From Candidatus Omnitrophota bacterium (GTDB taxonomy: Bacteria > Omnitrophota > Gorgyraeia > Tantalellales > Tantalellaceae): a DNA stretch of 58,420 nucleotides. The stretch covers positions 1 through 58,420 of the forward strand of contig JBDRKO010000024.1 in NCBI GenBank assembly GCA_043813915.1, written 5' to 3'. Both the position numbers and the translations under genes were made by a program. The notes beneath the pieces are model-generated. The model had not been told where the DNA came from, did not search any database, and saw nothing but the letters and a program-made list of their open reading frames with translations. Of this stretch, positions 51,930 through 58,420 are shown piece by piece (the stretch's first letter is position 1; every line of letters begins with the position of its first letter).

Positions 51930-54385
51930 TAGCTCTTTTTCTTTTTCCCTTTACCCTTGGCACTTTCTTTCTTACCCTTTGTTTTCTTGGTCTTTTCTTC
52001 TTTATCGCCAAGTTTAGCGAAATTCTCTGAATATTCCCGGAGCTTTTTATCCACTAGATAGTTTATAGTGTCCTTCGGATATTTACCTTTAGCATCTCTC
52101 TTTCCCGCTTTTTTACCGGTCAATACTTCTATCCCCTCATCTATCGTAGATACGGCCCATATGTGGAACTTCTTCTTTTTTACGGCCTCTACTACCTCTT
52201 CTTTAAGCATCAAGTGCCTGACATTGGTCTCGGGGATCATTACTCCCTGTTTCCCCGTGAGCCCCTTGGCCTTGCACACATGGAAAAAGCCCTCTATTTT
52301 TTCGTTAACCCCTCCGATAGGCTGGATCTTTCCGTGCTGGTTCATCGAACCTGTCACAGCGATATATTGTTTAATAGGCACACCTGACAAAGAAGACATC
52401 AGGCAATAGGCTTCGGTGCTGGAAGCTGAATCTCCGTCGACCCCGTCATACGACTGTTCGAAACATATACTTGCGTTAAGGCTAAGCGGGTTATCCTGCG
52501 CGAACTTCTCCCCCAGGTATCCCGAAAGTATCAGCACACCTTTTGAGTGGATATTTCCACCCATCTTGACCTGCCGCTCTATATCAACGACACCGCTCTT
52601 CCCCATATAAGCCCGGGCAGTTATCCTTGAGGGTTTGCCGAACATATATTCACCTATATCTATTACCGCCAGGCCGTTCACCTGACCGACTACCTCTCCT
52701 TGGGACTCTATCATGATTATGTTCTGATCCATAAGTTCCCCTATCTTTTCCTCGATAAGGCTTGACCGGTAAACTTTTTCCCTCAACGCTTTCTCCACAT
52801 GAGGAACGTCCACATACTCCCTATTATCTTTTCCTGCCCAGTAATCAGCTTCTCTCAGAACATCGGCTATATACATGAACCTTGCGCTTAATTTCTCCTG
52901 ATCTTCCGTCAGCCGGGATCCGTATTCTATTATCCTGGCCACCGCTTTCCTGTCGAAATGCCGCAGAGCCTCTTCTTCGCATCTGACCTTTATGAAAGCG
53001 GCATACTTCTTCATTTTTTCCTCATCACGGTCCATCTCCACGTCAAAATCCGATTTTATCTTGAACATCTTCCTGAAATCTTCATCGTATTTATAGAGCA
53101 TCTGATGCAGCCACGGCGGTCCGACCATTATTATTTTTATGTCACAGGGAATGGGTTTTGGTTTTAAGCTGGTCGTGCTTATAAGCCGGAATTGCTCGTT
53201 TATGTCCTCTACTTTTATTTCATGATTACGGATCACCCGCTTCAAAGCATCCCATGCCATAAAAGTGCTGATAACATCCATCGCCTGCAGGACCAAATAC
53301 CCTCCGTTGGCTTTATGCAGCGCTCCGGGAGCTACCATTGTAAAATCCGTGGACATAGAACCGAATTGGGATATGTATTCTATTCTGCCCAAAAGGTTAT
53401 AATACGTCGGGTTCTGTTCATATATGACCGGAGCCCCCTTTGAATGACGGTGATCGATCAGAAGATTGACCTGATATTTCTTGAATTCGTCTTTCTTCGG
53501 CGCCCCTTTCAGGCCGAACAGAGACGCCTGGACATCCCCAGAGTCATCTTTGAACAGATCTATATTATCTATTATGTCGTCCTGAACATGGTTCAGATAT
53601 TCCAGGACGCTTTCGAATTCCCTGTATTTGAACCTCAGTTCATCTATGGTATGTCTTACCGAAAAAAGAGCGACTTCTCTTTCCAACTCCTTTATCTTGA
53701 TCTTTGCGTTCCTTTCCATTACCCGGACTTCCGCAAGGACTTGTTCTATCTTAATGTGCAGATCGTTCTTTTTCTTCTCTATTTTTTCTTTTTTCTTATC
53801 CGTTAGCTTTTCATATTCATCCGCCTTCATAGGGTTATCACCGCTTCGCGACACAAGGATGACCCCCGTCGCGGATTGTTTCAGCACAAACCCTTCATCA
53901 AACGCTTTGTTCTCTATATCTTCCAGCGTACTATCGCGTTTTGTCTTGTATTCTTTCAAAAGGGCCTGTCTTCGGACTTCATAGTCCTCGCTTTCGAATG
54001 CTTTAGGTATGCCTATCTTAAGCTCTTCGATAAGCTCTTCCATATCCTTTTTGAACATAATACCTCTGCCGGCGGGCATTCTCATGGAGATAGGTTCGTC
54101 CTCGCTTACAAAATTATATACATAAAGCCAGTCATCGGGTGTCTTCTGTTTCGCGGCTATCTGGTTAACCGCTTTACTGACCTGGGTATTCCGTCCCGTT
54201 CCGGCCGCTCCGCAGACAAATATATTAAAGCCGTCGGCTTTCACGTTCAGTCCGAGATCAATAGCGCTGACCCCCCTTTCCTGGTGCAGGGGTTCATGCT
54301 CAAATACATAATCTTCCGTGGTCTTGAACTTGAACATGGACGGATCGCATGTTTTTCTCAGGTCACTGGGTTTAAGTTTTCTCAT
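51929..54385 (-). CDS. Lon-like ATP-dependent protease (COG1067-type; AAA+ module with insertion, plus Lon Ser-Lys protease domain)
   Basis: Walker A FVCGAAGTGRNT, a long coiled insertion, and a C-terminal Lon protease domain (DGDSASSTEAYCLMSSL, IQPIGGVNEKIEGF). Lys-rich tail. Confidence 0.85.
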   Translation of the reverse strand: MRKLKPSDLRKTCDPSMFKFKTTEDYVFEHEPLHQERGVSAIDLGLNVKADGFNIFVCGAAGTGRNTQVSKAVNQIAAKQKTPDDWLYVYNFVSEDEPISMRMPAGRGIMFKKDMEELIEELKIGIPKAFESEDYEVRRQALLKEYKTKRDSTLEDIENKAFDEGFVLKQSATGVILVSRSGDNPMKADEYEKLTDKKKEKIEKKKNDLHIKIEQVLAEVRVMERNAKIKIKELEREVALFSVRHTIDELRFKYREFESVLEYLNHVQDDIIDNIDLFKDDSGDVQASLFGLKGAPKKDEFKKYQVNLLIDHRHSKGAPVIYEQNPTYYNLLGRIEYISQFGSMSTDFTMVAPGALHKANGGYLVLQAMDVISTFMAWDALKRVIRNHEIKVEDINEQFRLISTTSLKPKPIPCDIKIIMVGPPWLHQMLYKYDEDFRKMFKIKSDFDVEMDRDEEKMKKYAAFIKVRCEEEALRHFDRKAVARIIEYGSRLTEDQEKLSARFMYIADVLREADYWAGKDNREYVDVPHVEKALREKVYRSSLIEEKIGELMDQNIIMIESQGEVVGQVNGLAVIDIGEYMFGKPSRITARAYMGKSGVVDIERQVKMGGNIHSKGVLILSGYLGEKFAQDNPLSLNASICFEQSYDGVDGDSASSTEAYCLMSSLSGVPIKQYIAVTGSMNQHGKIQPIGGVNEKIEGFFHVCKAKGLTGKQGVMIPETNVRHLMLKEEVVEAVKKKKFHIWAVSTIDEGIEVLTGKKAGKRDAKGKYPKDTINYLVDKKLREYSENFAKLGDKEEKTKKTKGKKESAKGKGKKKKS

Positions 54386-54400
54386 TTTCAGTCCTCCGGA

Positions 54401-54586
54401 CTATATTTTCGTAAAAACGTCCATAAATGGATCTTTTGAACGATCCGCCATTCTCTTATACCTCACCCCTACCGAGAGAACGGTTATCCCGGCCGAAATA
54501 AGCAATGCCGCTATGATCAGAGAAAGCAGCGGAGGAAATAAAGCTATCATTATACCGCTCAGAATAAGTATAGATCCTATCAACAT
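54401..54586 (-). CDS. small two-TM membrane protein
   Basis: 61 aa, two hydrophobic helices. 15 nt upstream of the Lon-like gene. No family recognised. Confidence 0.45.
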   Translation of the reverse strand: MLIGSILILSGIMIALFPPLLSLIIAALLISAGITVLSVGVRYKRMADRSKDPFMDVFTKI

Positions 54587-54670
54587 TTTATCCTTCTCCT
54601 TATGCCGATGTTATCACGAAAATACCCTATATACGCGTATAAGTCAAATTATCTCCCCGGATAAGGTCTT

Positions 54671-55636
54671 TTACCCGGACATCACTATCCTGAACAGCGA
54701 GAACCACAAAGGAATACTTATAACCCCCGCAAGATGCGAATAGAATATCGTTCCTGACAGGAACTTATTGTCAGCTCCGGTATAGCTCCCTATAACGACC
54801 AGCGACACCGCGGTAGGCATAACGCCCTGAAGGAACAGAAAGAACTTATAGTCCATTCCTATGGGCAGATATTTTAACAGCACCAAAAGTAACGCAGGCA
54901 GGATAAGAAGTTTTGCCGCGCATACCGCGGAAACATTTTTCATCATCTCCCTATCCAGATCATGGGCCTTATATTTCGAAAGGTATGCTCCAAGCGTTAT
55001 CATAGCTATGGGAAAAGCGGCCTGACCTAACTGTTTTAGGGGCTCAAAGAGTACGTCCGGAAAGGTGTCCTTCCCGAAACAAAATACCCAGACAAGAGAA
55101 AGGACCGTAGCGATCACGGGCGGATTCATGAATATACTTAGCCTGAACTTTTTTCCTAGCTTGCCCGCAAAGAACAAAGGCACAAGCGACCACATTATAA
55201 GATTAAAACCCATTATGAAAAGGAACATGTATATCAGCAGCCTGTCGGCCAGGGCTCCGGCGAAAGAGAATATTATAAGGTTCATAGGCAGATACGCGCA
55301 GTTCTGGAAGCCGCATCCGCAGATGAACTCCTTCTTTATGCGATCGGCTTTTACCGCTTTGTTCATTATGTATCCTATGCCCATGCCGAAAAAAGAAAGA
55401 CATACCGCTATCACGGGCAGAGTCCACCAAAAAGCGTATCCCGCGGGATCAAAATGAGAGATTATCTTTGTAAAGATAAGGGACGGAAATATTATTTTAA
55501 CAAGAATGAGGCTTAACGCGTCAACAAACCCGTCATCGATGACCCTCCGGGCGTGAAGCACATAGCCTATGGCCATAAGGATAAAAAGTTTAGCGACGGC
55601 CATGATCACAAAACTGAATGTAAAATAAAATTCCAT
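54671..55636 (-). CDS. AEC-family (auxin efflux carrier) transporter
   Basis: ~10 TM helices in two halves with a central loop. Length and hydropathy are typical of the AEC family. Confidence 0.8.
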   Translation of the reverse strand: MEFYFTFSFVIMAVAKLFILMAIGYVLHARRVIDDGFVDALSLILVKIIFPSLIFTKIISHFDPAGYAFWWTLPVIAVCLSFFGMGIGYIMNKAVKADRIKKEFICGCGFQNCAYLPMNLIIFSFAGALADRLLIYMFLFIMGFNLIMWSLVPLFFAGKLGKKFRLSIFMNPPVIATVLSLVWVFCFGKDTFPDVLFEPLKQLGQAAFPIAMITLGAYLSKYKAHDLDREMMKNVSAVCAAKLLILPALLLVLLKYLPIGMDYKFFLFLQGVMPTAVSLVVIGSYTGADNKFLSGTIFYSHLAGVISIPLWFSLFRIVMSG

Positions 55637-55640
55637 AATT

Positions 55641-55745
55641 TAGTTAGTAGTTCATAGTTCGTAGTTCGTAGTTTATCAAACTTGGGCTGACACCATCTTT
55701 TTGCATTTCCCAACTATGAACTACGAACTACCCACTACGAACTCA
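55641..55745. repeat. Inverted pair of five-unit heptamer arrays with a 35-nt spacer (no ORF inside)
   Basis: 55641-55675 TAGTTAG TAGTTCA TAGTTCG TAGTTCG TAGTTTA. 55711-55745 CAACTAT GAACTAC GAACTAC CCACTAC GAACTCA. Confidence 0.9.
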
Positions 55746-57026
55746 CCTCGGTTTTCCCAGAAGTTTGAACATTTTTTTCTTATATGCCTCCACTCCGGGC
55801 TGGTCAAAGGGATTAACACCCGAAATGTATGCTGATACGGTAACGGCCTTTTCAAAAAAATAAAAAAGCTGCCCCACATTGAACGCCGATACTTCTGGCA
55901 TTATTATGGCGGAATTAGGAACTCCTCCTTCAAAATGCGCCTCACTTGAGGCCTCGTAGGCTTTTCTGTTGATAAAACTCATATCTTTACCGGCTAGGTA
56001 ATTAAGATCATCAATATCTTCTTTATTTTCCGGTATCAAAGTTTCTTTCTCTTTGTCCGATACTATGAACGTCTCGAATATATTTCTCTCTCCATCCTGT
56101 ATCAATTGCCCCAGAGAATGAAGGTCAGTGGAAAAATCGCAGGACGCGGGAAATATACCATGTCCTCCTTTACCTTCGCTCTCTCCAAAAAGCTGTTTCC
56201 ACCATTCACTCATATAATGGAGTTTGTAAACGAAACTCGAAAATATCTCTATCTTTTTACCCTGACGGTATAAGATGTTCCGTATCGCAGCGTATTTATA
56301 ACTATCTTTATCCCATATGTCGCGGGCCGCTTCGTCTTCACGCTGCTGTTTTGCCCCCTGAAGAAGCTCTCTGATATCTATACCGGCGCAGGCTATGGGC
56401 AGCAAGCCTACCGGGCTCAACACAGAGAATCTCCCGCCTATACCTGACGGGATGACCAGGCTCTTATATCCTTTTCTATCCGCTATCGAACGTAAGGCGC
56501 CGCTGTGTTTATCGGTGGTACATACAATACGTTCCGCCGCCTCTTTTTTTCCGTACTTTTTCTCAAGAAAACCCTCTATTATCCTGAAAGCTATGGCCGG
56601 CTCAGCGGTCGAACCGGATTTTGATATCACATTAACGCTGATCTCCTTATCTTTCAGTCCTCCCAGAAGTCCGGAAAGATGGTCTCCCGAGAGATTATGC
56701 CCCGCGAATTTTATCTTTTTCCGGGCCGGTCCTTCAGCTAAAGCTTCTATCGCTGTGCGCGCGCCCAGGTATGATCCCCCTATCCCGACTATGATCACGG
56801 CGTCCGATCTTTTCATCATACCTGCCGCGATCTGTTCAATGTCCGTTAAGTCTGATTCACTGTAAATAAAAGGTATATCCATCCAGTCCAGGAACTCTTT
56901 TCCCTCGCCGTTCCTGCTCTCTATTGATCCATGGACCCTTTCCAGTTCCGGACGGATACTATTCTTATCTTGTTCGGAAACAGATCCTCTCATATACCCG
57001 GTATCATATATCAGTCCTTTTTCCAT
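55743..57026 (-). CDS. pgi: glucose-6-phosphate isomerase
   Basis: IGIGGSYLGAR, ISKSGSTAEP, GIGGRFSVLS and GESEGKG-type motifs of the short bacterial Pgi. Confidence 0.9.
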   Translation of the reverse strand: MEKGLIYDTGYMRGSVSEQDKNSIRPELERVHGSIESRNGEGKEFLDWMDIPFIYSESDLTDIEQIAAGMMKRSDAVIIVGIGGSYLGARTAIEALAEGPARKKIKFAGHNLSGDHLSGLLGGLKDKEISVNVISKSGSTAEPAIAFRIIEGFLEKKYGKKEAAERIVCTTDKHSGALRSIADRKGYKSLVIPSGIGGRFSVLSPVGLLPIACAGIDIRELLQGAKQQREDEAARDIWDKDSYKYAAIRNILYRQGKKIEIFSSFVYKLHYMSEWWKQLFGESEGKGGHGIFPASCDFSTDLHSLGQLIQDGERNIFETFIVSDKEKETLIPENKEDIDDLNYLAGKDMSFINRKAYEASSEAHFEGGVPNSAIIMPEVSAFNVGQLFYFFEKAVTVSAYISGVNPFDQPGVEAYKKKMFKLLGKPR

Positions 57027-57039
57027 GATATATCTCCTT

Positions 57040-57846
57040 CTAACCGCTCTTTTTTAGACCACGGAACAGATTATAATATCCCGATATTTTGGCCCTGAAA
57101 TGCAAAGGTTTGGTACAGTCAGAATTTGTTATTTTGACCCTGTTCAGTTCGTAAATGTCCCGATTATACCTATCCGTCCCCCTATTGGTCGTGCAAGCCG
57201 CCTTATACCCGGCTTTCTTTACCATGCTTTTTACTTCTTCGTTGAACCCGCCTATCGGGTAACAAAAGAACATAATGTCCTTGCCGGTCTCTTCTTCCAA
57301 TACTGTCTTACTGCCTGAGATCTCATCCCAGAGCCTTTCCGGGTCCTGCAATGACGGAAGGTACTCGTTGTTTCTCGTATGCGCTCCTATGTCTATACCG
57401 TTATTGAGCATTAAACGCACTTGATCCCAATTGAGATACCCTTCTTTTTTTCCTACATATCCTGTTATAACAAAAATGGCCGCCGGCATATCATATTTTG
57501 CCAGAACAGGGAACGCGTAAAGAAAATTATCCTCAAATCCGTCGTCAAAAGTTATAGCTACGGTCCTCTCGGGACAAGGTTCGCCGTTCCTTATGCCTTG
57601 CACAAGCTCATTCATTGATATTACGGAATATCCTGAATTTCGGAGAAAATCGATCTGTTTAGAAAAATTTGAGGGACTTACATGTAAAGAGTCATCTTTA
57701 TCTGAACTTACGGCATGATACATCAGTATCGGCACTACATACCTTGGGCGCATATACAGCTGATAGAACAGCGCTATCAAAATCGCCGCCACCAGAAAAA
57801 GAAACGTAAGCCTTTTAAGTATGCGCATGATTGCAAATCCAGACAA
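57040..57846 (-). CDS. polysaccharide deacetylase (NodB homology domain) with N-terminal TM anchor
   Basis: VAITFDDGFEDNF, a HT motif (GAHTRNN) and LNRVKI-type C-terminal elements. Confidence 0.85.
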   Translation of the reverse strand: MSGFAIMRILKRLTFLFLVAAILIALFYQLYMRPRYVVPILMYHAVSSDKDDSLHVSPSNFSKQIDFLRNSGYSVISMNELVQGIRNGEPCPERTVAITFDDGFEDNFLYAFPVLAKYDMPAAIFVITGYVGKKEGYLNWDQVRLMLNNGIDIGAHTRNNEYLPSLQDPERLWDEISGSKTVLEEETGKDIMFFCYPIGGFNEEVKSMVKKAGYKAACTTNRGTDRYNRDIYELNRVKITNSDCTKPLHFRAKISGYYNLFRGLKKSG

Positions 57847-57876
57847 AGACGATCTTATGATATTTTTTTGGTGATA

Positions 57877-58062
57877 TCAGGATACTGTTATAGCCGATAC
57901 GGGGCACTGATCAGCACCGCTCTGAGCGTCTTCTTCCCTGTCAGCAGGGATCTCGTCCACTTTCGACACGGCTTTGTCGTCCTGCATCTCATAGATCTCT
58001 TGGGCTACCTGTACACACAGACCACACCCTATGCATGCTTCACTGTCTATAATTACTTTCAT
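57877..58062 (-). CDS. small single-cluster [4Fe-4S]/[3Fe-4S] ferredoxin
   Basis: 61 aa with CIGCGLC...CP, the Pyrococcus/Desulfovibrio-type mono-cluster ferredoxin pattern. Confidence 0.85.
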   Translation of the reverse strand: MKVIIDSEACIGCGLCVQVAQEIYEMQDDKAVSKVDEIPADREEDAQSGADQCPVSAITVS

Positions 58063-58137
58063 CTCAATACACCTCTCTTTCTTATTCGGATTATTCTATC
58101 AGAACGGACATACAGGGTCAATATAAGTATTAAGAGA

Positions 58138-58268
58138 CATAGATCGCATAGCGCATAGGGCACAGGGCATAGAGTTGTATTGACTGATGCTCCAGCAGTA
58201 ACCCCCTTACAGCGAACAGTAATTTCTTCAAAGTAACCAGTTGCCTGTTACTTGTAACCAGTGACTTG
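58138..58268. repeat. Word arrays (CATAGAT CGCATAG CGCATAG GGCACAG GGCATAG; TAACCAG TTGCCTG TTACTTG TAACCAG TGACTTG) sharing modules with 29779-29830 and 10535-10585
   Basis: The block GGCATAGAGTTGTATTGACTGATGCT parallels GCATAGAGTTATACTGACTGATGCT at 29800-29823. Confidence 0.85.
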
Positions 58269-58288
58269 CGTTTTCTGGTATGTATAAT
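58261..58288 (+). promoter_or_regulatory. Candidate promoter for the plus-strand gene at the right edge
   Basis: GTGACT (58261-58266), 16 nt, then TATAAT (58283-58288). ~118 nt upstream of ATG 58406. Confidence 0.3.
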
Positions 58289-58405
58289 CTTCAAGTGGTG
58301 TTTACACCAGTTAACTGTTCTTTGAAATAAAAAGGTCATTTGTTAACCTCGGTTGTCGTAAAATATTGTTGGAGACAATAGACAACCACACAAGGAGGTA
58401 TACAA

Positions 58406-58420
58406 ATGACCCAACAACAG
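58406..58420 (+). CDS. 5' end of an unidentified plus-strand gene (runs off the window)
   Basis: AAGGAGG at 58392-58398, 7 nt upstream of ATG 58406. Only MTQQQ is visible. Confidence 0.35.

Noticed and set aside
51929-54586. Lon-like protease as a possible BREX BrxL-type defence component
   Set aside because: No methyltransferase, PglZ or other BREX genes are nearby. The architecture (Walker A, long insertion, Lon S16 domain) fits the stand-alone COG1067 Lon-like proteases, and the neighbours are housekeeping transporters.
1-58420. Search for rRNA, tRNA, tmRNA, RNase P and SRP RNA genes
   Set aside because: I found no cloverleaf-like segments (GTTCGAATC-type T-arms with matching acceptor stems) or conserved cores of these RNAs in any intergenic gap. 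A tRNAscan-SE/Infernal run is needed for certainty.

Overview
This 58.4-kb window looks like chromosome from an uncultivated, moderately AT-rich bacterium. The gene content resembles PVC/Omnitrophota-type genomes, but that placement is inference only. About 50 genes lie on the minus strand. Only an IS transposase and a 5-codon gene start at the right edge are on the plus strand.

Recognisable blocks, left to right:
- 1-3.6 kb: an accessory-looking segment with a partial radC, a small ORF, an XRE regulator and a DUF4062/HATPase_c_4/wHTH protein, flanked by dense short-word arrays and about 870 bp of non-coding DNA.
- 3.6-10.5 kb: a CDF transporter, then an envelope/c-di-AMP operon (CdaA fused to YbbR domains, a mini TamB-like protein and small exported proteins) and a hydrolase.
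- 10.6-11.8 kb: a 1.09-kb IS with terminal inverted repeats, a 5-bp target duplication and an A9 frameshift site.
- 11.9-15.6 kb: an autotransporter, a YkgJ-type Cys-cluster protein and a flavodoxin-like protein.
- 15.9-25 kb: an all-GH57 glycogen locus (glgC, DUF2934, GH57 branching enzyme, DUF4912, GH57 glucanotransferase, GH57-GlgA fusion).
- 25-36 kb: housekeeping genes (PBP5-like carboxypeptidase, xth, eda, radical SAM, mnmG, metH).
- 36.3-45.4 kb: a complete MoxR/Bat aerotolerance operon, moxR to batE.
- 45.5-58 kb: deaminase, radical SAM, maf, dus, a CPA2 antiporter, a Lon-like protease, an AEC transporter, pgi, a polysaccharide deacetylase and a ferredoxin.

I found no rRNA, tRNA or CRISPR.

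The most unusual signal is non-coding. Almost every inter-operon gap holds mosaics of strictly 7-nt-periodic word arrays, often as inverted pairs that could fold into long hairpins. There are also a GC-rich 30-bp palindrome family and other recurring modules. One such hairpin cassette carries a 23S-IVS-family four-helix-bundle ORF and sits exactly between moxR and the DUF58 gene.

All protein calls rest on motif recognition by eye. No database search was run.
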